A stretch of DNA of 64,000 bases from Laetmonice hystrix. Taxonomy: Eukaryota. The translations under genes and the position numbers were made by a program. Shown one piece after another: positions 24,591-34,637 of the stretch (the stretch's first letter is position 1; every line of letters starts with the position of its first letter). A model generated the notes under the pieces. It did not search any database. It had not been told where the DNA came from and saw nothing but the letters and a program-made list of their open reading frames with translations. The stretch lies in contig OZ249436.1 in the NCBI GenBank assembly GCA_965235115.1, positions 57,784,001 to 57,848,000 on the forward strand. The letters run 5' to 3'.

Positions 24591-26890
24591 GCCCCGCACC
24601 CATTTCGGTGGAACGCCTTGTGTCTCACCCAACGCTGGACCAGGAGGCAGCCTCTGCCTCCACCACACTGCCTCTCGACTCTCTCATTCTGGAAGCGGGA
24701 ATGATTCCCCGCAGTGCGCCCACACAGCTGGCAGGTCATAATCCTTGCATCTTCACTACTGGGTCCCATCCCCAACTACATGAGCCTGCCATCCAGGCTC
24801 CCAACGCGACTTCTGACGTGGCGGGAAAATTTCCCCGCGCTCCTGCCGGTCTTCCCTGCGTCCGGACCCAGGCCTGCACGCCCAACTACACACTCCCTCC
24901 CACTCCTCTTGATGGCCACCATTGCCTGGAGGACTACATCCTTCCGTCAGCTGGGGATGATACCACAAACGGGACTACTGCCAGTCATTACGGCCGCGGG
25001 CCCCGCCCTCCGCCCGTACCTCAAGCACTCCCCGCCCAGCTGGCCACCTCGTCGGGGGACGTCGCTCCTGCCCAGCGGACCCTCTCTCCTCCGGACATCA
25101 CGGCCTGTGTCGACAGCTGGGCCACCTCCACAGCTGACGTGCTACCCCTGGATGTCACCCCGTACACCTACGGGATCATTGTCAGGTCAAACTGGCCCTT
25201 CCCCACGCGCGAGGCATCCCTGGATCAACCTAGCCTCATGCAGATATATAACGTTGTGAGGGCCACAGGCCTCCCTAACTACCTTGGTGCCAGGATACCT
25301 ATCGCATCGGGGCTGCATGTCGACAGGTGGGAGCATGCCCTCCTGACCTATGAGGATAATGCCATATGCCAGTTTTTGCGTTATGGGTGGCCTACGTCAT
25401 TTAGTGGCAGCTGCAGGCCCACGCCTGCTACTGCCAATCACCCCACTGCGCTCAAGTTTCAGTCCCATGTTGACGAGTTTGTCGCTCAGGAGGTTGACCA
25501 TGGTGCTCTAGTTGGCCCCTTTCCTCGTCCCCCCTTCTCATGGACTCAAGTCAGCCCGCTGATGACGCGACCCAAGAAGGACAGCATCAAAAGGCGTGTC
25601 ATAGTTGACTTATCTTATCCATTAGGCAGGTCCGTCAACAGTGGCATTGCTAAGAACCGCTTTCAAGGCGATGACTATTCTTTCACCTTGCCCTCAATAC
25701 AGTCTCTTGCCTTGCTGGTCAGACGACATGGTCGCGCCGCGTATATTTGGACGGCGGATCTGGATCGCGCCTACAGACAGTTAAGGCTGGACCCCCTGGA
25801 CCTTCCGCTGATGGGCCTGAAAACGGGGTCAGACTACTATATAGACCTGTGCCCGTCCTTCGGATGCCGGGCTTCCAGTGCAGCGATGACGCGTGTTACT
25901 GCCAGCATGTGTTATCTCATGGAGCAGCGTGGTCATGATGCCCTGTGTTATATTGACGATTTTGCCGGCGTTCACATAAGCCACTCAGCGGCGCAGCAGG
26001 CCTATCAGGCCTTTCTAGAACTTTCTGCATACTTGGGTGTTGGCCTCTCGATGGACAAATGTACCCCACCTTCACAGCGCGTTATCTGGCTTGGCTACAT
26101 GTTGGATACGGTGGCCATGGAGATCACTATACCCCCTGATAAATTGGAGGAGGTTTTGGCCGAGGCCCGACTCTGGAAGAGACGCTCATTGGCCTCCAAG
26201 AATGATATCCAGCGTTTGTGTGGCAAACTTCTTCATATTGCCCAGTGTGTTCTTCCTGCCCGACGTTTCTTGGGCCGCGTATTGGTGACCCTGAGGAATG
26301 CCCCAGATACAGGCACGGTCAAGATAGACCGAGAGTTCAGGCGTGACATTAACTGGTTTGATGCATATGCTCGCTCCTGCAATGGCAAGCTCATCATACA
26401 TACAGACGAAATTCCTCAGATGGTCATTGAGTGTGACTCTTCCCTTCAGGCGGGTGGGGGCCACAACGAGGAGTCATATTACATTGCCCCATATCCCCCA
26501 AATGTGCTCCGGGAAGCGACTCATATCACCCAGCTGGAGGCTGTCAACCTAGTTATCGCCCTTAACACTCTTCTAAAGCCGAACACTGTCAATTGTCGGG
26601 TCCTAGTTTTCACGGATAATGAGGCCTCAGCACAGGTGCTGTCCTCGGGTCGTACGAGGTGCCCTGTGTTAGCACGCTGTGCCAGACAGATATGGCTTAT
26701 CGCGGCCAGACGAAACCTCAATATGTCCATATGTCACAAGCCGGGGGTTCAGATGATTCTCGCGGATGCACTTAGCCGGGTGCACCTTGGTGCCCCGTAT
26801 ACCGAGACGGCGACACGGCTGATCGCTGATAATAGTCTGAGGGAGATCAAGCCTGACCTCTCGGCTCCCATTTTTGACAACTCTCTTTGA
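24539..26890 (+). CDS. Reverse transcriptase / RNase H ORF of the Ngaro element (frame open from 24539; first ATG 24701)
   Basis: RT motifs TADLDRAYRQL, CPSFGCRAS, YIDDF, WLG; RNase H acidic residues in ECDSS, QLEAVN, FTDN, ADALSR. No internal stops. Confidence 0.95.
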   Translation, partial: AVSYQKKRGGGAVPEAVGPAPISVERLVSHPTLDQEAASASTTLPLDSLILEAGMIPRSAPTQLAGHNPCIFTTGSHPQLHEPAIQAPNATSDVAGKFPRAPAGLPCVRTQACTPNYTLPPTPLDGHHCLEDYILPSAGDDTTNGTTASHYGRGPRPPPVPQALPAQLATSSGDVAPAQRTLSPPDITACVDSWATSTADVLPLDVTPYTYGIIVRSNWPFPTREASLDQPSLMQIYNVVRATGLPNYLGARIPIASGLHVDRWEHALLTYEDNAICQFLRYGWPTSFSGSCRPTPATANHPTALKFQSHVDEFVAQEVDHGALVGPFPRPPFSWTQVSPLMTRPKKDSIKRRVIVDLSYPLGRSVNSGIAKNRFQGDDYSFTLPSIQSLALLVRRHGRAAYIWTADLDRAYRQLRLDPLDLPLMGLKTGSDYYIDLCPSFGCRASSAAMTRVTASMCYLMEQRGHDALCYIDDFAGVHISHSAAQQAYQAFLELSAYLGVGLSMDKCTPPSQRVIWLGYMLDTVAMEITIPPDKLEEVLAEARLWKRRSLASKNDIQRLCGKLLHIAQCVLPARRFLGRVLVTLRNAPDTGTVKIDREFRRDINWFDAYARSCNGKLIIHTDEIPQMVIECDSSLQAGGGHNEESYYIAPYPPNVLREATHITQLEAVNLVIALNTLLKPNTVNCRVLVFTDNEASAQVLSSGRTRCPVLARCARQIWLIAARRNLNMSICHKPGVQMILADALSRVHLGAPYTETATRLIADNSLREIKPDLSAPIFDNSL
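24554..24597 (+). promoter_or_regulatory. Candidate programmed -1 ribosomal frameshift signal (gag to pol)
   Basis: A_AAA_AAC at 24554-24560 in the gag frame, a 6-nt spacer, then 8-bp stem GCGGGGCC(24567-24574)/GGCCCCGC(24590-24597). The pol frame is -1 and open across it. Confidence 0.7.
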
Positions 26891-27861
26891 TTTCAGACGT
26901 GCGTGCTTCCCACCTGTTCTCCCAGATGGTGTCTTCAGCAGCAGCAGCCACGGCCCCGGGTACAAAGGCGAATAGACACAGACAGGCGGAGGTCTACCTC
27001 TCCTTTGCCCTTCAATATGGCGTCGACTACCTACACCCGTCACCTACCGACCTCGCCCTCTTTTACCAATATTTGGCTAACTCAGTGAAAAGCTGCGCCA
27101 CAATAAAGAACTACATCTCAGGGACAAAGAATTGGATAACCAGCATGGGTGGAAGCGTCGCAGCTTTCACTTCTCCCACTCCACTTGCCGTGCTTACAGG
27201 ACTCCAAAAACAGTCTACACACGTTCCTTGCCCTGCTCCACCCCTCACGCCAGAGCAAGTTAAATCAATTTTCGCTGTTCTGGCTCACCAAGGTCCGGAT
27301 CCCTACACGGCAGGGACGGCGATACTTTTCACATATTTCACTTCACTAAGACAGTCCAACGTGGTAACTACATACACAGACTGGTGTTGTGAGGGACACA
27401 CCATTAAACGACAAGATATACTTATCCACCCCGACGCGTTAATAATTACAGTGAACTCTACCAAGACAATCTCTCGGGGTCAAGCAGTAACCATGACTGC
27501 ACCTGCCATCCCGGGCTCCCCCTTCTGCCCGGTCATGGCGTATCGGACCATGCTGGCACTCTCTCCGGCTCCACCCACCTCACCAGCCTTCCTTAATCAC
27601 TCATCGGGACGCCCATTAACGGCAGGGCAACTTCTAGCCCATCTGCGCTCAGCCCTCAAAATCCTAAACTGCCCCAACCCAAATTCATTCACGTTGCATT
27701 CTCTCAGACGGGGCTCAGTCCAGGCCGCAGCTGCAGCAGGCGCAGGACTCGAAGAACTTAAACAACACGGCACCTGGACTAGTAACGCAATTTACGCATA
27801 TGTTCCAAGACACATGTTTCCCAACGTCTCAAAACTTATTACTAAACAGTTTGGCGATTAA
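26887..27861 (+). CDS. Tyrosine recombinase ORF of the Ngaro element (first ATG 26926)
   Basis: Catalytic set R (SLRQSN), K (STKT), H-x-x-R (HSLRR), H/W (HGTW), Y (IYAY). Confidence 0.95.
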   Translation: MISDVRASHLFSQMVSSAAAATAPGTKANRHRQAEVYLSFALQYGVDYLHPSPTDLALFYQYLANSVKSCATIKNYISGTKNWITSMGGSVAAFTSPTPLAVLTGLQKQSTHVPCPAPPLTPEQVKSIFAVLAHQGPDPYTAGTAILFTYFTSLRQSNVVTTYTDWCCEGHTIKRQDILIHPDALIITVNSTKTISRGQAVTMTAPAIPGSPFCPVMAYRTMLALSPAPPTSPAFLNHSSGRPLTAGQLLAHLRSALKILNCPNPNSFTLHSLRRGSVQAAAAAGAGLEELKQHGTWTSNAIYAYVPRHMFPNVSKLITKQFGD

Positions 27862-27998
27862 TTTCTCAACGTAGAACCTATGTGTCTTATAACTCTCCCA
27901 ACTCATGTATTCTTTTGTAAGCAGTTATCAGTTACTCTGAATCTAGGTTGTAGTATTAAAAGAGTCCAAAAACCCCCTATATTGTATCCTCGTTAATT
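27852..27998 (+). repeat. Split direct repeat B1 (147 bp)
   Basis: Identical by eye to 28179-28325; contains ATTAAA at 27955. Confidence 0.95.
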
Positions 27999-28142
27999 GA
28001 GGATAATTGGAAATTGTCTATAATTGAGAGGAACCTGCTCCCCCTCCACTTCAACTCAAATGGACTACCCCTACCCTGTGACCCTCACTGCCACGCGGTC
28101 ACTCAGTCTTCAACTTGTGGGTGGACGGACATTAGTTTTTAC
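27995..28142 (+). repeat. Split direct repeat A2 (148 bp)
   Basis: Copy of 23160-23307; overlaps B1 by AATT. Confidence 0.95.
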
Positions 28143-28178
28143 CCACCCACCCGCGCCTTAAACATTTATAACCGTTGC

Positions 28179-28325
28179 TGGCGATTAATTTCTCAACGTA
28201 GAACCTATGTGTCTTATAACTCTCCCAACTCATGTATTCTTTTGTAAGCAGTTATCAGTTACTCTGAATCTAGGTTGTAGTATTAAAAGAGTCCAAAAAC
28301 CCCCTATATTGTATCCTCGTTAATT
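28179..28325 (+). repeat. Split direct repeat B2 (147 bp)
   Basis: Copy of 27852-27998; ends the element at ...CCTCGTTAATT. Confidence 0.95.
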
Positions 28326-31300
28326 AAGCTTTGATGAGCATGTCGCTGCACTGTTCCGACGCCGAAAAATCGTGTATTTGAGAAAAATAATGTTTAAACC
28401 CTTAGTGACTTGCATTGTTGAGGGAATGTATGGCAGTAGGTCAGGGTTGAGGAGGCAGTGGTCAGGGACGGTGAGAATGTGTTCTTATTCTGTGGGTCAT
28501 GGATTCAATCAGACCCTGTCATTACCAATTCATCACGTCCTGAACACAACCCATCAAGATAACAAGACACCGTGCTGTGCCTTCAGGGTCCGGCCAACCT
28601 GAACCCCTCTTAAAGGTTCCACTGAAACGCTACATGGACAATATTACAGTCTCTCGGCACAGAATACACCAAGATTTATCTACGTAATCTACGAAGGAAA
28701 AAGGGCGTTGAACGTCTTTATTGCTGAACTCCTTGAAGGATGGTTTATGTGTGTAATTATTAACGGGATCATTGAAAGGAGTGCGAGTCTGATGAGGAAT
28801 GCAGCGTTGCAAAAAAATATCAGACACTTCTTTTATGCAAATATTATTCATTCAGAAAGTTGTGCCACAAAACACATGTAATTACAGTAAGCCCATTTTT
28901 CATGATCCTATTTTCCTGAGAAAAATGGGCACTGACGAAATTAGAAAAACGAAAAATCCAAATTCATGTGACATCAAAGAGTGATTACCCGGTGCTTGTC
29001 AAATAACATTGTGTATTGTGGATGGATTTACTCGTCTAATCTCACCAGGGAGCAGCTAAGCGAGAGGCAACTTGTTGACATGACTGTCATTCTTGTGGGT
29101 TCGACAAGTAAGGCGACCAGGCAGTGAGCAGACAGGCCGGACGAATCATGAAGGATTTATCGTAATGTTCTACGCATCCTAGTATTTGCAGAGCAGAGTC
29201 AGGGGGCAAACTCGCCATTTTTATAGCTTGATTGCCCAATATTATTAGAATGCTTGTTGCAGCAATTGTAGCTAGAACCCACTGTATTTCACTTGACCTA
29301 AGTGACGGTTTGTGGAGTCAGCCTGACGTGGAACACCCTATACCCCCTGGACAGCAACTGTTTGATTTATGTTACTGTCCTCTACTGATGTCTCATCAGG
29401 TGTGCCAAGTAAAGGACTAGATATTAGGTCTTAATTCAGGCAAGGATCCTTTCATAAAATGTACAACTTGAATCCAGCAGAACATCATTCACGGGCAGAC
29501 ATTGAAAAACAAATATGTGCATGTGCACAAGGGGAGGATATTTGGGACATTTCTCTGATGTCGGTGACTTTCGGTGTGCTCCGAGGCTTGAGGAGAATTT
29601 TCCTACCGGATAGGCCTCTCAGACAGTCTAGGAGTGCCTCTTTTAATTATTCATGACTAAGAATGGATTAAGGCTTAATAAGATGAAATCAGGCCGCCGT
29701 GATGGCGTACATCGCCCAAAAACGGATTTGAAATTGTCATCTCAACATTCCATAGCAGTGGTATTCTGCCGTGAAATGACAAAAGGAAGCGAGTCCAACT
29801 TTTATCAAAATCGACCTAAGTGTAAATTTGGATTCAGGGAAGTAAGCCCTATCTATCAATGGGTGTATTTCTGCCCAACATATATTAGGTAGGTCTGTCG
29901 TGTCACCCCATATAAACGCTCAGTTTACATACATACATGTTGGTCGGAAGTAAGGGAATTTTATGAACGAAGAGATGACGACTGCATTCGTAGAAGAGGA
30001 CTGGTTGGGAATGATGGCTAAGCTCAAGGGCAAAAAGTAGTTGACTGATTGGTTTTGAACGTTGAAAGTTGAGGATTAAGGATGTGGATTGGAAAAGCAT
30101 GATTGAAGGAAGTAGTATATGGAATGTACGGTATGGAGCAGGTCAGTTTGGGCGAAGTCATGTACACGTCAACGTATACTGCCAGTGGCAACAGTGTTGA
30201 AACTTATAGGGTGGTGTGTCATGAATCAATGACAGCAAATTCACGATGTTTTATTCAGCCCCTTCCCTCCGATCAAAAGCAGAGCTTGTTATAAATATAT
30301 TCAAGCATCTAGTACCACAGACAAAATATGAAAAAGTTATTTGTGACTCTTAGTTAGACCTTAAAAATATTTTGTTCCCAGTAAACAAGCCCTATCAGCC
30401 ATTTGGCAGGATTTCAAACTATTATAAGATTATTATAATCGCTATCACAGTTTGGGCCGTTTCTAGGATTAGGTAAAATTAACAATGGCAACAGTGAATG
30501 GAGTAGTGTGAGAACGTAACAATCAAATAGAAAATGGAGAAGAGCAAATTTTTCTTTTGAAAAAATCTCTACGGATTTTTTTTGTAGGGCGTTACTGGAC
30601 ACATTTACTTTTAAAAGGTCAAATTAAGTTCATTATTCTGAGAGAATGTAGAGTAAGGATATACTTTATCCAATTTTGTGATGCTGACATTGAATCAAAA
30701 TCCTGATTGTCCACACAGAACCTCTGAGATGCTGTGGAAAAGGTAACAACTGATGTTACTGTCAGTTCGTCTGACTGTCGGTGATCTGTCACCGTCTGTC
30801 CGTTATGTTTGTCAGTCTCGTTACGCCTCACTTGATGTGCATATATGGGGTGTACATGTTGTATGCATGCAGCCTCTTCTATGATATGTCAGTGATAAGG
30901 CAATGTCATCCTCTGTTGAGGCCAACTCTAGTTTCCCATCCGTCCACCTCACATCCTTGCCCTCCCACGTCTCAATCCCAACCAAACTGGCAATGTACAC
31001 ATGATTGTTACCAAAAGAAACGGACCTTTTCAGTCAAAGGCGTTTCACTACCAAGCGGGGAAAGACGGTCTAAAATGAAATTTTTATTTTTTAAAGTTTA
31101 CTTGATTTGAATGTGGGATTGTCAGGTAACAACAGGATTGGGACAATCCGAGCGTACAGATGCTCCGTACCGCTGTAATGATATGCCTTTGATCTCGTTC
31201 TGGTATGTATGACGAATAAACTACACCTGTACATAGCCCGGTTCATCTACATAATTATCGGTATTATCATCCGGAGTCCATGTCTGTGTGCTGGGTAAAT

Positions 31301-34300
31301 GTTTTTCTTGCACAAAACGTGTGTGGTTTTGTTTTATGGTTTTGTTCGGTAAGCCAGCCTGGATTTGTACGTTTACGGCTGGCAAGCCCACAATATAAGT
31401 GGACCATCCAAACCCCTCCGTACTCTCAGATTGTTTAAATTAACCTGGAACATGGAAACCTAACAGTGTGTCTAGAAACTGAAGGTTCAAGGTTTCCCGT
31501 GTAGATTTAGATTTCACTAAGAGAGGCTGTGGGCCCTGTATCTACAAGTCCAACCCCCCTGTAGAGTTAACTTTTTGCGAATAATCTCATGTCTGCCTAC
31601 CATAAATGATAACGAAAATATATATTCACAGGACAGCACTGAAGAACACAATAATGCATTATTTAATCATTGCGCCCATACTTTCCTAAAAGCTAACTAC
31701 ACACCTGATGACTAAATATACGTATAGATCGACAGGGACCTACCTGCTCGATGATCTGCGGGTTCATGTGGACTAAAACCTTTGAAGATAACATGGGATA
31801 CATAACCTCAGATACATGTCTTACTAGTTTAAGGATACTAATTAGTCGGTGTGAATTATTCACCCCTATTTCCTATCTCTGGGGCTGCTTTCTATCATAA
31901 TCAAGGGGTTTAAAACTTAATTTTGACGAAACTTTTACTCGGCTGTTTCTTAAGGTTAGAAGTTTCTTAGAGCCTTAGAATAGATCTTGTATGGGTATAA
32001 TGCCCATTACTCTTAACTCATAACTATCACAATATATGTAGTTGTTTGATTTATCCCCTTTTGCTTCATACCAGTTTTTATGCTTTTTATGCTTTCAGAT
32101 TTTTGTTAGTTGCAGGGGAGACTTTCTTTAAGTTTACACCAACCGTTTTGTTTAAACAATGCAATGAAATTTTGATAACTAGATTTTCTAGATTTTGTTG
32201 TATATTATAATTGTTCTTCTCATTGACGTCATTTTCTCGTATCTACATATAATTATTTCTGTCAATTCTATCTCACATGTTTTTCTTCCTCGTATGTATA
32301 TTATTTTGACATTCTATGACATCATTTTATATTCTTTCCCTCACGCTCTGGCTTTTTCGGATTTTACACACAAGAAAGAATGTGTGAAAAAGGATTCCAA
32401 ACTCCAAATTACGAAACTAAACTGAACTTCAAGCTAAGACTGCCGAATAATATTTTTATGTGAACAAACCCCGGAGATTTCTAAGCAACCAATGTTGAAT
32501 AATTTACACCAATTTATAAAGCCCAAGCTGGAAGGAAACATTAGGTTGGCGTTCCCAGTTCCAAGTATTGCCAAAATGGTGGCGTTTGCAACAGGTTTTC
32601 GTAGCAGGACACCACCCTGACCTGTCAATCCGCCCTTTACCCTTGCTGGATCCGGACTGGTATTGGAGATACATGTAGTTTCACCGCGAGACGTGCCGTG
32701 CTAGAGGAAGGCTTGCTGTATTGCTTTCCCTGTTGACATTATTCTGTGCTACGTACTTGTCTTTCAGCTTTCATCGTTTGGCGTCGTGTACAGTAGGGAA
32801 TTGGAGGTCAAGGGTTAAAAATAGAAAATAACAAGGAGAACAAGAAGCATTATCTATTGATCCTTTCCGTTTCCGTTCTAACATACTGCATCGGCGAGGC
32901 CATATCTTCCTGGATTTCCATGATATTTAACAAGGTATACCAGCCGGGCTTCCGGCATCTATTCCGGCAGTAGACCTACCTTATGCCGTGAGGAGCTGAG
33001 GGTTTGATCTGAGGCCAGGACAGAAGAATTGAAATGAATGATTAATTTGACAAGAGATCAACATTGAGAGCTCACACTTTATTACTTGGATATAGGATCA
33101 TCCTACGTCTCTCCACCTTTCCACCTCAATAACATGTTTTATCGGCGAATTGAGACAAACAATACTGATTGGATGTTTGTTGTTTGTTGTTGTTTTGTGA
33201 CGCAGGTGACAGTATGGTGTGTCATGAACCTGGATATACATTTATGTAAACCATATACAGTCGGTCCAGTGTCGTGATTTCTTTGGCTCGAGGCTTTTCG
33301 ACTATAGGCCTACCTCCATTCTTTATGTGTTTCTGTTCTGTTCTTTCAAAATTACTGCTACGTTCTCGTTGCATTGGAGACTTCACTTGATTAGTCCGTT
33401 CTGTAAGGATAGTGAAATACTGAATTATGTTAGACCGCAATCAAAGGTGTAGAAAACAGTGCACATGACGAAATACTTATCCATTTATTGCGAATTTATT
33501 ATGTTCATGACTTACTTTAAGCGAATGCCCATGACTACAAAGATAAGGAATGTTAAGGCCATGTCGGATTACGTGATCTTCTTGCTGCCCGAATAATACA
33601 TTGGCACAACATGAACATGTTCCAGAAATAATATATAGTACGGGGATATATTCAAGATTTTATGCACACGATGTCTGGACCAGACATGAGACAATGTATG
33701 CATAATGGTTCATGGCAGACAATAATATACCTGGATATGTGCGAGTGCACGGCTTTACAACTTGATGCCAGAGCGGCAGGTTTGCTCCAGAAACGTGTGA
33801 TGTTATAACGAGTACCCGCCGACCTACTGCAATGTTATTCGACTAGATAGGCACGCATGTCGCCAATTAGTCGGGTTGCCCGTGGATAGTTTTATTCTTG
33901 TGGCAAATTTTTGCAGATATACGACATGTCCCTCACCAAGGCAACTGCAGGTGGCTTCAAATGGTGGTTTAACGTTTCCATTGGTTACCCAACTGAAGAT
34001 AAATAACCTGGGATTTTGTTAGTTTAATTTGCTTGTTAACCTTTTTGTTTTCGCCTGAAGTGGGACAGAATGACGGTAGATGGGGGGACCTCCTGGCTAT
34101 ATATGCATACATAACCATACAGCTGACGCAGAGAAACATATTATGACCAATAGGCGTGTCTCTACTAACAACAGAAGAACATACTGCAACAAAATTAAAA
34201 AAGAACTTCTATACAGAATACAGTAGAAATCCCGTTTGCGCCCCGATATCAAAAACATTACGCACAATCCAGCCAACCACTCCTTCGAGGCAACAGGGCA

Positions 34301-34616
34301 ATTTACAAATTTTATCTAGTTTCTCTAAGCACCTAGTTCTTTTCCACATTCGCACATTTTGGTCACGACATCCTGGAACATTTTCAATAGTCTTATGACG
34401 AATAAGACGGTTTTGTATGATCTCAGGATAAGTGGTTTCCTCTGACACCATGAAACGCATTGGTCTCAGTTCCTCTAAACTCTTGTGGCAAATTTCTCGA
34501 AGGTTGCGTAGTTTCGATGTCTGAATGCAATAGTCCTCAAGCTTCCCTTCAGTTCTCGCCAGTTATCTATATAGTAGTTCTTAAACAAGTTGCGTTTGTT
34601 TTCCTTCCTGTTGCAG

Positions 34617-34637
34617 CGTTTTAGACTATATCAGCAA
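34617..34637 (+). CDS. Cav3: Candidate 21-nt Cav3 microexon at the domain I S3/S3-S4 junction (adds VLDYISN)
   Basis: Acceptor TGCGTTTGTTTTCCTTCCTGTTGCAG, 21 nt CGTTTTAGACTATATCAGCAA, donor AA|GTAAGA. Phase 2-2 matches the flanking exons and there is no stop. No transcript evidence available. Confidence 0.5.

Larger units (their letters stand above)
23160..28325 (+). mobile_element. Full-length Ngaro-type (DIRS order) tyrosine-recombinase retrotransposon with split direct repeats, 5166 bp
   Basis: Structure A1(23160-23307)-gag-RT/RNaseH-YR-B1(27852-27998)-A2(27995-28142)-36-nt spacer-B2(28179-28325). No methyltransferase domain, no integrase and no classical TSD; shared AATT core at both ends. 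Confidence 0.94.

Noticed and set aside
23438-26730. Antisense and alternate-frame ORFs within the Ngaro element (e.g. 23943-24470, 24714-25259)
   Set aside because: Shadow ORFs of GC-rich coding sequence with no recognisable motifs.
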